Source: an uncultured Candidatus Bathyarchaeia archaeon
GTDB taxonomy: Archaea > Thermoproteota > CALKCG01 > B24 > DRYS01
Reading direction: 5' to 3'
Assembly (NCBI GenBank): GCA_964491605.1
Contig: CAZBGY010000003.1
Span: 24,678 to 88,677, forward strand
DNA: 64,000 nucleotides
Shown here piece after piece: positions 31,663 through 41,920 of this stretch. Made by a program: the position numbers and the translations under genes. Every line of letters starts with the position of its first letter. Position 1 is the first letter of the stretch. Below the pieces are notes generated by a model. The model was not told the origin of the DNA, did not search any database, and saw only the letters and a list, made by a program, of their open reading frames with translations.

Positions 31663-33641
31663 TTGGGATCACCAAATATTGTGCATATGCACACAAATAT
31701 ATAAATCTTTCGTTAATATAGTTCATCTAGAGGATACCAAACATGTTGCGAAGATTGTATGATATCATAGATTTGAATATAGGAGAAGAGGTAAGTTACC
31801 AAAGTCTGTAGGGTTGACGACTTCGCAGACTTAACTAATGCTACACTCGAACTGCCGAGTCACTTAGATCCTATATTCCTAGAGATTGCGAGCTTGAAGT
31901 TTTCAGATCTGTCGGTTTTGAGAGATACTAGATTCGTCTCTAGAGTTAGCTTAACAACATTTCCATCTTCCTAGTTTATAACCTTAAGATGATGTGCTAG
32001 GTTGGATGGAACTCGGATGTATTAATCCTAGTTACCAGTAAACTTTGAAGCTTCTCTAACCGATAAAAGAGCCCCTTATCGGTTTCTTCTCCCCTATATC
32101 AGATATCACTTAAACTGCAAACTTAGATTTTGTAAAGTTCATAATTACTGGGAAAAGATCAATCATACTTTCAGTCGTTCGGTGTTATTATCATGATGAA
32201 TGTATGATTTGTACCATCACTTCTACCTTCATACTAGCTTAGATATACGCTATTCAATCCTTCATTAGATGCTATTTCGCATAGCTTTCTATCCGCTGCT
32301 AGAAATCATATAGCGTTTACATTTTTAGCTTAAGCTATTTGTAGTGCGTCAGCTTAATACACATGACATTTCTCGAGTATGATCTATGCCTATTTCAACG
32401 TTATACTCTTTACATGAAGTAGTATAAGCGAACGAAGCCTAGCCAACCTTATGGTCTCAAGTATAAATCTTCTCGTAGCGATGTAATCCTCTTCGATTAT
32501 CTTCTTAATGCTTTTCGCCCTATCTAATACGTCTAAAACCTCGCCGATATTCCATATATTAAACGATAGCTTCAACTCGCCTCCATATGCTTTCCTATAT
32601 AATTCCCTTACAAACTCTATGCCAGGGCTCCTCAATATACCTCTTTACGACGGCACTACTATCGAGATAGACTATCTGATCTACCTATCCATCATCCTTT
32701 TAACCAGCATACTCATAAGATCCTCCTTCGGTATTACAGGTTCGAAATCTAACTCATAGGTTTTTCGAGTTGGCGAGCTCATTTAAACCCTTCTCTACAT
32801 AATCCATAAGCTCCCCTATAAACGAACTAGTTTCTAAATCTTTCTCCCACAGCATAACTTTTAAACATCCTTCAAAGCTTTTTCATCCACATATATACTA
32901 CTCTTCCTTCTAGATATATAGACACCAACAGATATATACCGAAAACATTTTTAGACATTTCTACCTAAAGCATTTACTAGAAAACATCTATTGAATAGTC
33001 CAAGATATGGTGTATGCTATCTGAACATTAGATCTTAAGATTCAATTAAGTTATGAAGGGAGTTAAATATCTAAAATGCTATCGATAAAATCATCGATGA
33101 AACTATGATTAAAACATAGATTTCAATAAATCTTAATCTAAGCTCTTTACTACGTTCTAAAACTTTTTCATAGACATACAGCATTATTATGAGTAGTTTT
33201 GATATATTCTTCACTATTCCTCCTTCCGGATAGAAAAATACTACATAGTAACTGATAATTATTCGTTAACACTTAAAAATCTACTTAGGATAATGAATGT
33301 TTGAAGCTGGCTAGAGAGATCATATAATAAAAATTTAAGTTACAGCCTCCTAATCTAATCTCCGCTAAACCTTATCTAGCAGTCTATTTAGAGTTAGTAG
33401 AAGATCTAGTACACTCTAGAAGTATCCTTGACGAAAAGCTGATGATACGTAGACCTGAGGATTGACGCCACCTAAACTCTCGATACAACTATGCTGCTTC
33501 TATATAGCTTAACTCGCAAGTTATTTTAGGAAACCTAGAAAATGTTAACCTTCTTCTAACTAGTAGTTAATGGGATGGTTATAGATGTCATCTACGATAT
33601 ACGTTAAGATTAAATGGTTGAATGCGTGATCAGAGAATGTT

Positions 33642-34484
33642 GTGATAGTAGATATCCATACTCACCTAGGAGGAGTTCGATCCTGGTATAGAGGTTTGAA
33701 GGGTATAATCTTCTCTGGTTTAAACGATCTCCTAAGCTATATGTCTGATACCAGTATCGATAGAGCTGTAATCCTACCTACACCCGGTGTAGATAGGATC
33801 TTAGGAGAGTATCTATACTCGTACGATATGATCTATAGAATTAATAGGATTTATCAGCAGCTTATGGTATTCTGCTATGTGGATCCATGGAGCCCTAAAA
33901 TGGAGCATATGATAGAGGAGTATGTATCTAGGGGTGCTGTAGGTTTCGGTGAGTATAAGGTTAAACTCCCGATAGATCATCCATACTCCCTTGAGATCTA
34001 CAGGATATGCGGGGAGCTAGGTATACCTATATTACTACATATCGATGATAAGCATAACTACGGGGTAGAAACCGTATTTCTGGATGTAGCTTCAAAGTAT
34101 AATAAGACTATATTCATAATGCATGGACCTGGATGGTGGAAGCATATATCCAGTATACCTAGCTGTGAAACATATCCTAGAGGACCTATATCACCTGGAG
34201 GGTTGATCGAAAAGATATTGGAGAGCCTTGATAACGTTTACGCAGATATCTCAGCTACATCGGGATACAATGCTCTCGATAGGGATAGGGGGTATGCTAA
34301 ATTATTCCTAGAGAAGTATAGTTCTAGGATACTATTCGGTACAGATTTCCCATGCATAGATATGTATGGAGGACAATATGGCGTAGATAAGCTGCACCTA
34401 AACCTTCTAAAATCTCTCGATCTAAAAAATAAAACTATGAACAATATACTATACAAGAATGCTGAAAGAATACTAGGAATATAA
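33642..34484 (+). CDS. Amidohydrolase-2-type TIM-barrel metal-dependent hydrolase
   Basis: VDIHTHL N-terminal metal-binding motif; HID and FGTDFP motifs. Confidence 0.6.
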   Translation: MIVDIHTHLGGVRSWYRGLKGIIFSGLNDLLSYMSDTSIDRAVILPTPGVDRILGEYLYSYDMIYRINRIYQQLMVFCYVDPWSPKMEHMIEEYVSRGAVGFGEYKVKLPIDHPYSLEIYRICGELGIPILLHIDDKHNYGVETVFLDVASKYNKTIFIMHGPGWWKHISSIPSCETYPRGPISPGGLIEKILESLDNVYADISATSGYNALDRDRGYAKLFLEKYSSRILFGTDFPCIDMYGGQYGVDKLHLNLLKSLDLKNKTMNNILYKNAERILGI

Positions 34485-34955
34485 ACATTCCTCAACCCTA
34501 ACTAGACTCTGATTCCACTAGGTGTGAATTAAGTAGGGATTATCCAGGGGGGATCATATACAACGAGGTATCTATGGAGGTATGGGGAATCGAGAGGTAG
34601 ATAAACCCTCCTAGTATAACATTAGAAATTAAGCCATCAAATACGTATCCTAGAATGTTAGAATAGAAAACTCGAGTTAGATATGGAAGCTCCGTATGCA
34701 TATACCTATAGTAATATGGTGTAAACACTAAAGTATCTGCTGAATTTTAATATGTAAATCATCTTTACTGTATCTAATATCTAATCTTATCCTGTAAAAA
34801 TTTTAGATAATGAGAGGCTAAACCTCGATCCTTAATGCATCCGAGCACTTTCACCTTATCTGCTTGCTTCATAGAGTGCTCTTCGGCTTCCTAGAATTAG
34901 CAGGTCATCTTCTATAGGCAGCTACTCTAAGTTTATCTCCATGTCTTCACCTCGT

Positions 34956-35927
34956 TTACTGAGCTCTTAACCTATATGTAAGGAAGTATGCTATATCGTA
35001 TATGTTTCCGCTAACCACCTTGATAGGTATTCCATCCTGTATATCGTAGACTCTTATGGTAGCTATACCCCCATACCTACTGAACCAGTTTGAATATCTT
35101 TCAAGCTCCTTATAGGGGTTTTCAGATCCTAGAGCCGACGGGTACCCTGTATAATAGCTACTTGCAGTATCGAGTATGGTTAACCTGCCTTCTCCTACTG
35201 GGAACGCTACGGCTACATGTTCCATGCCATCTTTAAGCGTTATATCTATAAGCCAAAGGATACGCTCTTCGCCGTAGATATAGCGTTGATAAGATGCTAT
35301 TAACGCGTATAGGAGTATAGCCTGATCTTCGCAGTCTCCCTGCTTACAGCTTAAAACCTCACTTGGAGATAGAACGATCTGTCTATATGTCGTTTTCACG
35401 TATATCCCACATTCAAGGTCTGATGCTAAGGGGGGATAAGGTACCGGGGGATCATAGACGTACTCTACGTTCTTTCTAACATAATCGTATAGCTCTTTCA
35501 CGCTACACCAGTAATCGTCGGGATGAGATATCATCGATTGTGCTAAGGAGGCTAGGTTTGATATCTCGCTATCGTTCAGAACCCTACTTATAGAATCTTC
35601 GAGGAATAGGTAGGATAAAGCATACCTCCTCCAATCTTCGTAGCTACCGATTAAACGTTGATAGCTTATTCGTAGAGCTGAGTAGCTAGCCTCCAGAATC
35701 CTATACTCATTCTTCAATCCTATATGCTCATCGGATAGGCTATCATACATCGCATATAGAACTCTATACTCTTCCTCAAGCTTACTAAATGATCTTCTAA
35801 GCTCACCGTAACTACGCAGAAGAGCCGCATACTGATTGTAAGAATAGAGAGCGGAGGTGAGCCCTAAAACGGCGGATGCTAGGAGGATGGAGATTAGAAT
35901 ATTAGATTTAACACCGGCAATATTCAT
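34956..35927 (-). CDS. Membrane-anchored transglutaminase-like (papain-fold Cys protease-like) protein with coiled-coil stalk
   Basis: N-terminal TM helix, then a heptad-like repeat region (YRVLYAMYDSL...YRILEASYSALRISYQRL), then a QGDCEDQAILLYALI Cys-core motif with downstream His/Asp. Confidence 0.5.
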   Translation of the reverse strand: MNIAGVKSNILISILLASAVLGLTSALYSYNQYAALLRSYGELRRSFSKLEEEYRVLYAMYDSLSDEHIGLKNEYRILEASYSALRISYQRLIGSYEDWRRYALSYLFLEDSISRVLNDSEISNLASLAQSMISHPDDYWCSVKELYDYVRKNVEYVYDPPVPYPPLASDLECGIYVKTTYRQIVLSPSEVLSCKQGDCEDQAILLYALIASYQRYIYGEERILWLIDITLKDGMEHVAVAFPVGEGRLTILDTASSYYTGYPSALGSENPYKELERYSNWFSRYGGIATIRVYDIQDGIPIKVVSGNIYDIAYFLTYRLRAQ

Positions 35928-36385
35928 CTACATCGGTATCATTATCCTCTGAAACCGAGTATATTAAGGCTTAGAAACATTCTATAGACTTAGAAGGTGG
36001 CTAGGAAATAGCCTAGAAGATTATAGACGTGTAACGAGTATCGTTTTAATCTAGGATTGATCTTTAAAATATCTTTGAAGCGGATGATGGATAATGAAGC
36101 ATATTCCTCAAAGGTTTATGGAGATGTAAAAAATATATCGAGGAATTAGGTTCGCGGGAGAAGGGAGACTGGTCTTAGGTAATGAGGGATATGATACTAC
36201 ATAGGCACCTCTATATTCAAATCTTCCAGAGAACCGGGTTCTGGGAAAGAAACCGAAAGCTACGCATAATAGTGAAACGGAGTACTAGAATTACCTTTAA
36301 ACAGAATATCCTCTCGAGAATCCCGAACATATTGCTACTAGCTAAAATAGTAGGAGAAGCATAGATTACGGCGATGGTTATGGGA

Positions 36386-36513
36386 TGGTAGCCCGGGGGA
36401 GATTCGAACTCCCGTCGGCGGGGTTCTCCTCCCCGTCGATGGAGATCCAGAGCCTTATGGGAGGGACTGGCCCTACCGCCTCCCGCCATGCTTGGCCGCT
36501 GCACCACCGGGCT
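36386..36513 (-). tRNA. Intron-containing tRNA (about 128 nt; isotype unresolved, possibly initiator-type with A1:U72)
   Basis: Minus strand: acceptor AGCCCGG...CCGGGCU-A-CCA; D-arm GUGC-AGCGGCCAA-GCAU; T-arm GGGAG-UUCGAAU-CUCCC. That leaves about 51 extra nt in the anticodon region. No single canonical 37/38 intron gives a U33 loop by eye. Confidence 0.65.
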
Positions 36514-36563
36514 ATCCTCGACGTATTATTTCTCCTAAGAGTATTTTAAGGATTTTGGTTGGT

Positions 36564-36830
36564 CTATAGAATTTCTGCCGTAGATCCTAGGATAGTCCCA
36601 GGTACTCCTCTATTCATCCTAACTATTACGACCCCATTCCTTCCATGTGTAGCTACTATCTTTCCATGCAGTTTCTTAGTCTCTCTGCTTAACTTAACTT
36701 GTAGGATTAGTTTCCTACCTATTAGTTTTGAAGCTTCAGCATCGGACTCTACGCCTTCCGGTTTAACTAATAGTTGCTTCGAATACTGTTTCTTAGGCCC
36801 GATCCTATATTGTAGGATCCTAGCCTTCAT
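36564..36830 (-). CDS. rpl35ae: Ribosomal protein L35Ae (eL33)
   Basis: 88 aa; LHGKIVATHGRNGVVIVRMNRGVPGTILG pattern. Confidence 0.7.
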   Translation of the reverse strand: MKARILQYRIGPKKQYSKQLLVKPEGVESDAEASKLIGRKLILQVKLSRETKKLHGKIVATHGRNGVVIVRMNRGVPGTILGSTAEIL

Positions 36831-36907
36831 CGAATCTCGCCTCTTATAATATGATTCATCAGAACTTCAGATTCATTAACTTTTCCAGATTTATATCTAG
36901 CTTATAG

Positions 36908-37759
36908 ATGAGGTTTAAGGTTAAGGTATTCGAGAGCTGCTACTGGATACCTGGATACGATTTCGAAAGTGAGATCATTTCTAGGGTTAGCCGTTATGCT
37001 AAGACTGGAGATTATCTGGTAATCTCCGAGAAGGCTATATCTACCGCTTTAGGCTACCTAGTCGATGAGTCTAAGCTTAAACCCGGCTTATCTGCTAGGA
37101 TTCTAGCCAGAATATGGATCCCAGTATTTTGGGGCTACCTACTCGGGGTCCTATGCGGCTTGAAGCCTAGCACGCTTGTTAAGCTTAGGAATTATCCGTA
37201 TACTGAGGGGGTACGTCATAAGGAGGCTGCGATACGCTACGCAGGCCCGGTAGCTGCTTTAAAGCATTTCTCCGAAGGGGGATTGGATGTGAATAATCTA
37301 CCGTATAGCTATGCATCCCTACCCCTACCAAGATGTGAAGCCCAGGAGTTAGCTTCTAGAATTAGGATGAAGCTAGCTAACAGATACGGATTAGATGTAA
37401 CGGTGGTTATCGTAGATAGCGATCATACGTTTAGCTGGAGATCGATATATCTATCCTCAAGACCAGCGGCCGACGGTATCATAAATCTCTCTACGTTAGG
37501 ATTCATAATAGGTTCATCGTTAAGGTGGAAAGCTAGACCTACACCTATAGCTATATCAGGATCCTATGGAAGCTTAGAGGAGATTTTAGAGGTTTGTAGG
37601 ATTGCCGATAAGACCATGGGATACGGTCTAGGTAGAGATATATGGGATGTATCGTCTAAACTCGGTGTTCCACCTACTGGTTTAACGTGGAGTATCCTTA
37701 TGATGTATACGCATAAACCCTATGCTTTGATACGTAAACTCGATCAATACGTATCTTAA
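36908..37759 (+). CDS. CofE-like (F420-0:gamma-glutamyl ligase family, COG1478) protein
   Basis: DYLVISEKAISTALGYLVDESKLKP and GGLDVNNLP-like motifs; 283 aa. Confidence 0.4.
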   Translation: MRFKVKVFESCYWIPGYDFESEIISRVSRYAKTGDYLVISEKAISTALGYLVDESKLKPGLSARILARIWIPVFWGYLLGVLCGLKPSTLVKLRNYPYTEGVRHKEAAIRYAGPVAALKHFSEGGLDVNNLPYSYASLPLPRCEAQELASRIRMKLANRYGLDVTVVIVDSDHTFSWRSIYLSSRPAADGIINLSTLGFIIGSSLRWKARPTPIAISGSYGSLEEILEVCRIADKTMGYGLGRDIWDVSSKLGVPPTGLTWSILMMYTHKPYALIRKLDQYVS

Positions 37760-38544
37760 CTGATCTTGGATAGCTCTTCGAGGAGCCTATCCTCCATAAC
37801 CTTATGCTCCCTGAAATGTTCGTTCGGATCCTTTGTAAGAGTATATATCCAGTAGAGTATGAAGAAGCCTAACGTAGCTATGGTAGCTACTATGTATACG
37901 GCCGTACTCCTATCTGGAAACTCGTAGTCTGAATGAAAGCTTATAGGCTTGAAGCTGGGATCAACCTCAACGGCAACCGATGAGAAGCTACTCAGCACAT
38001 ACCTCTCCATCTTACTATGAATAGAGAAATCCTTATTGAGGAAGTGGTATACATAGATGAGAATCGGTAAGCCTACTATAGGTATCAACTGCAGGATAGC
38101 CCATATGAATGCATCCCTTTCGCCCCATTCGTAGCCTGCATCTCTAATATCTCTTTCTAGAAGTTGAAGTTTACCCTTTACATATGCCCCCTTCTCGGTA
38201 CTTACGACCACTATATAGTCTTTCATCGATTCGAATAGTTTTAAAACTCTTCTGAAATGCTTATTCCTCCTATCTATCCATCTATAAACGATGTATACGT
38301 TGAATAGATGCACTACTATCAGTATGATGGATGTTACCGTATACCATACGATCGGAAAAATTATTACACCCGGCCTGAAGCGTGGATATATGAAGATACG
38401 TACACCTATCGTCGATACGTATACGAGGATCAATAACAGTATGAACGGTAGTAGCGGAAGCCATACGGGCATTATACGATCAGTCTCCCTTCTAGCCTCG
38501 ATACATCTACGTATATACTCTAGATACTGCGGGTGTAAGGTCAA
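37756..38544 (-). CDS. Hypothetical membrane protein
   Basis: Several hydrophobic helices; no recognisable family. Confidence 0.3.
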   Translation of the reverse strand: MTLHPQYLEYIRRCIEARRETDRIMPVWLPLLPFILLLILVYVSTIGVRIFIYPRFRPGVIIFPIVWYTVTSIILIVVHLFNVYIVYRWIDRRNKHFRRVLKLFESMKDYIVVVSTEKGAYVKGKLQLLERDIRDAGYEWGERDAFIWAILQLIPIVGLPILIYVYHFLNKDFSIHSKMERYVLSSFSSVAVEVDPSFKPISFHSDYEFPDRSTAVYIVATIATLGFFILYWIYTLTKDPNEHFREHKVMEDRLLEELSKIS

Positions 38545-38643
38545 GCCATATCTCCATGAATAACCGCGATATATTAACCCTTACTACCTGGTTAGATACA
38601 GAACTCTTATCTAGGTCTCGTATACCGTTATACTATCCTAGTC

Positions 38644-39864
38644 ATGCCGATGGTGAAGATTGGTATAGTAGGTAAGACTAACACTGGTAAGACTACATTA
38701 TTCAACGCTGCGACGCTGCTCAGAGCTGAGGTAGGCACATACCCATTTACGACTAAGAAGCCTAACGTAGGTATCGGGTATGCTAGAAGCTTCTGTGTAT
38801 GCTCGGAATTCGGTGTTAAGGATAATCCTAGAAACTCTATCTGTATAAGAGGTTTCAGATTCATACCGGTAGAGCTTATAGATCTGCCAGGACTCATTAA
38901 GGGTGCATGGATGGGCAAGGGTCTAGGCAACCAGTTCCTAACGGTAGCATCACAAGCCGATGCACTATTACACGTTGTAGATGCATCTGGTAGTATAAAC
39001 CAGGCTGGTGAACTTGTAGCTCCAGGTATCGGCGACCCTATACAGGATGTACTCGATATAGAGGAGGAGCTTACGATGTGGCTCTACAAGATACTAGAGG
39101 GTAGTAGAGCTAAGATAATCAAGATGCTTGAAAGCCGTACTACCAGGTTAATCCCAGCTCTAGTACAGCTACTCTCAGGTTTAAAGATAAATAAGGCTCA
39201 TATAGAGGAGGCACTTAAGCTATCAGACCTCTACGATAAGTCTTTCGAAAGATGGAGCAATGAGGAGTTGAAGCTATTCGCTACGAATCTTAGAAAAGTC
39301 TCTAAACCCACGGTGATAGTAGCTAATAAGATGGATGTGGATGGAGCTGAGGAGAACTATGAGAGGCTTGTAGAAGCTTTCAAACCTACACCTGTCGTCC
39401 CATGCTCGGCTGAAGCTGAGCTTGCTTTGAGGAGGGCTGAATCAGATGGACTGATAGAATACCTGCCTGGAGATGAGATGTTCAGAGTCAGATCCTATGA
39501 ACAGCTATCCGAAAGGCAGAGAGCTGCCTTGAAATATATAGCGGAGAAGGTTTTCGAGAAGATTTCTAGGACAGGTGTACAGTACGCTATAGATGTAGCC
39601 GTATTCAAGCTTCTACGTATGAACGTAGTATATCCGGTTGAAGATGAGAATAAGCTTACAGATCATAGAGGGAATATCCTCCCAGACGCATTCCTCATGC
39701 CTCAAGGAACTACAATCTACGATCTAGCTATGGAGATACATAGCGAGCTAGCTAATACCATGCTCTACGCTATAGATGTTAGGACTAAGGTGAGGCTACC
39801 TAAAGACTATGTATTAAGAGATAGAGATGTTGTTAAGATAGTAGCCGCAGCCGGTAGAGGCTAG
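38644..39864 (+). CDS. Obg/YchF-like GTPase with C-terminal TGS-like domain
   Basis: G1 GIVGKTNTGKTT, G3 DLPG, NKMD G4 motif; 406 aa. Confidence 0.75.
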   Translation: MPMVKIGIVGKTNTGKTTLFNAATLLRAEVGTYPFTTKKPNVGIGYARSFCVCSEFGVKDNPRNSICIRGFRFIPVELIDLPGLIKGAWMGKGLGNQFLTVASQADALLHVVDASGSINQAGELVAPGIGDPIQDVLDIEEELTMWLYKILEGSRAKIIKMLESRTTRLIPALVQLLSGLKINKAHIEEALKLSDLYDKSFERWSNEELKLFATNLRKVSKPTVIVANKMDVDGAEENYERLVEAFKPTPVVPCSAEAELALRRAESDGLIEYLPGDEMFRVRSYEQLSERQRAALKYIAEKVFEKISRTGVQYAIDVAVFKLLRMNVVYPVEDENKLTDHRGNILPDAFLMPQGTTIYDLAMEIHSELANTMLYAIDVRTKVRLPKDYVLRDRDVVKIVAAAGRG

Positions 39865-39867
39865 CTT

Positions 39868-41106
39868 ATGGTCAAACTCAGATTTTATGGTGGTGTCGAA
39901 GGATCCATAGGTGGAAACCAGATAGTGCTAGAGGATGAAAGTGCTACACTACTCCTAGATTTTGGTTTAAACTATCGTCTATGGTCTAGCTATTTCGAAT
40001 TCATATTTTCAGAACCTGAGAGTATAGAGGAGGTTATCCGTGTAGGTTTAGCCCCAGATCTACAGGCCATAGATTCTATCGATGCATGCCTTATATCGCA
40101 TGCGCACACCGATCACTGGCGTCTTATAACGATGCTACCGGAAGGTTCACGCATCCTTCTAGGTGAATGTACTTATAGGATTATAAGCGGCTGGTCTAAG
40201 CGTGTGAGAAGGAGGACCCTACTATATCGTACATCCCATCTTAGATTCGATACTTTCAGGACAGGATCCACCATAAGAGTTGGGGGAATTGACATCAAGC
40301 CTATAAGCGTAGATCACAGTATACCTGGGGCGTACGGCTTCCACATATATACTCCATCGGGTTTGATAGTATATACGGGTGATTTCAGACTTCACGGTAG
40401 GTTTAAGCCTAGGATAGATCTATGCGAGGGGATAGAGGACCGGGTATCGCTTCTAATATGCGAAGGAACGAACGTAGGTAGGCTTGTAGAACCTACGAGC
40501 GAAAGCGATGTGGATGCTAGAGCCTCCAGCATAATACGGCGGTGTAGAGGCTTAGTTATAGTGGATATAGCCCCGGCGGATCTAGATAGATTAAACACGA
40601 TGGTAGAAGTAGCGCGTAAAGTCGGTAGGGAAGTTTTATGCAGTGGTAGAATTATGGATACGGTTACGGATCTATCCAGTGATAGATCCTTAAAGGTTCC
40701 GAGGATAGGTGACGATGTGAAATCCTTTGAAGAGTTTAAAGATGATTGCATGCGGAGTCCTGAGAAGTATATGTTGGTTACATGCTTATACAGCGAGAGA
40801 GAGGTTAGAAGAATTAAACCCCCTCCTGGAAGCATCTATCTCTTAAGCTGTTCAGAGCCCTTCGAGGAGGAGAGGGAGATAGCGTTCAACCGCCTCTTGA
40901 ATTGGCTGAATACATTCGGTGTATCTATATACCATATACATTCATCCGGACATATATACCCCATCGATATACGTGAGATAGTCGAGAAAATCAAACCTAA
41001 AGCCGTAGCAGCGATACATACAGAGTATCCAGATGCATTCAGATCACTTCTATCCGATCTAACTAAAGTCTATACGTTCAGGAGAGGAGATGAACTTAAA
41101 ATCTAA
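39868..41106 (+). CDS. MBL-fold/beta-CASP hydrolase (archaeal RNase J-like)
   Basis: HAHTDH motif; downstream Asp/His motifs; C-terminal HSSGH beta-CASP-like motif; 412 aa. Confidence 0.5.
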   Translation: MVKLRFYGGVEGSIGGNQIVLEDESATLLLDFGLNYRLWSSYFEFIFSEPESIEEVIRVGLAPDLQAIDSIDACLISHAHTDHWRLITMLPEGSRILLGECTYRIISGWSKRVRRRTLLYRTSHLRFDTFRTGSTIRVGGIDIKPISVDHSIPGAYGFHIYTPSGLIVYTGDFRLHGRFKPRIDLCEGIEDRVSLLICEGTNVGRLVEPTSESDVDARASSIIRRCRGLVIVDIAPADLDRLNTMVEVARKVGREVLCSGRIMDTVTDLSSDRSLKVPRIGDDVKSFEEFKDDCMRSPEKYMLVTCLYSEREVRRIKPPPGSIYLLSCSEPFEEEREIAFNRLLNWLNTFGVSIYHIHSSGHIYPIDIREIVEKIKPKAVAAIHTEYPDAFRSLLSDLTKVYTFRRGDELKI

Positions 41107-41762
41107 AAGTCGATAAGATACGGTAGTATAGCTTTAAGATTACTGGATTCTACTACTACATCGACTACCTCCCTCACTGCTTCGACTTTAGGGTTGAACG
41201 CTATCCTGAATCCAGCCTCCTCGAATAGGGATATATCGCTTATATCATCCCCTATAGCCGCTGTGAAGCTTCTAGGAATACCGTCGCGCTTCATAAAATA
41301 CCTTAGAATCCTACCCTTATCCCCTATACCAACCCTAATTTCGATATCACCTGTAAGAATACCGTCGGCGACCACAAGCTTATTCGCTATAGCATAATCT
41401 ACACCTAACCTACAGGCAGCCAGATCTGCGAGCTCCTGTAGACCTGCGCTTATAATTAAGATTCTAGCACCAGCCTTCTTTAAAACTTCTATGACGTAAT
41501 CGGCTCCATCCACATACTCAACTTCTCTTAAAGCCTTCATAACATCGTCTAACGGTATACCACGCCATAGGTTCGCATCGAGTTTAGCCCACTCCTCATA
41601 GCTTATTCTCCCCTGGAAGAATAGCTCGGCGTTAACCTTAGCTTTATCGATAGTACCGAATCTCCTATGTAGATACTCCCATACGCTTACGGTCTTGGTT
41701 AGTGTTCCATCTAGGTCGAAAGCTACCAGTTTGAACCTAGCTTTCATAAAGTCTACAAACAT
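41103..41762 (-). CDS. HAD-superfamily hydrolase (phosphoserine phosphatase-like)
   Basis: FDLDGTLT motif I, and IISAG/GDDISD motifs. Confidence 0.6.
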   Translation of the reverse strand: MFVDFMKARFKLVAFDLDGTLTKTVSVWEYLHRRFGTIDKAKVNAELFFQGRISYEEWAKLDANLWRGIPLDDVMKALREVEYVDGADYVIEVLKKAGARILIISAGLQELADLAACRLGVDYAIANKLVVADGILTGDIEIRVGIGDKGRILRYFMKRDGIPRSFTAAIGDDISDISLFEEAGFRIAFNPKVEAVREVVDVVVESSNLKAILPYLIDF

Positions 41763-41920
41763 TAATCAGAAGGGCTTTAAATTTAACTGTAAAGTGTAGA
41801 GCGTGGTGGTGCAGATGTTCAGGGAGCCTATAGTAGCCGTTACGCACGGAGAGTCTCGGATCGAGACCCGAAGATTGTGACGGCATCTGCTCGGCTGCTC
41901 TACTTAAAAGGAATCTAGGG

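Noticed and set aside
31312-31704. 130 aa plus-strand ORF and 87 aa alternative minus-strand ORF (31431..31694) overlapping the W/Y-rich ORF
   Set aside because: They arise from the same CCATGG/CCA-rich DNA, which keeps several frames open. The minus frame giving the W/Y/P/G-rich product is preferred because it continues the composition and strand of the adjacent DUF5320-like gene. This preference is not proven.
31700-33640. AT-rich gene-poor region examined for a CRISPR array
   Set aside because: No regularly spaced direct repeats were found by eye. The sequence is A/T-rich but non-periodic.
36217-36507. 96 aa minus-strand ORF
   Set aside because: It lies entirely over the intron-containing tRNA gene and is Arg/Gly/Pro-rich as expected for translated tRNA sequence.
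41780-41920. Possible small RNA upstream of the DHH phosphoesterase gene (hairpin GTCTCGG-ATC-GAGAC)
   Set aside because: Only a short local hairpin is present, with no C/D, H/ACA or tRNA-like signatures. An ordinary 5' UTR or promoter region cannot be excluded, so it is not reported as a feature.
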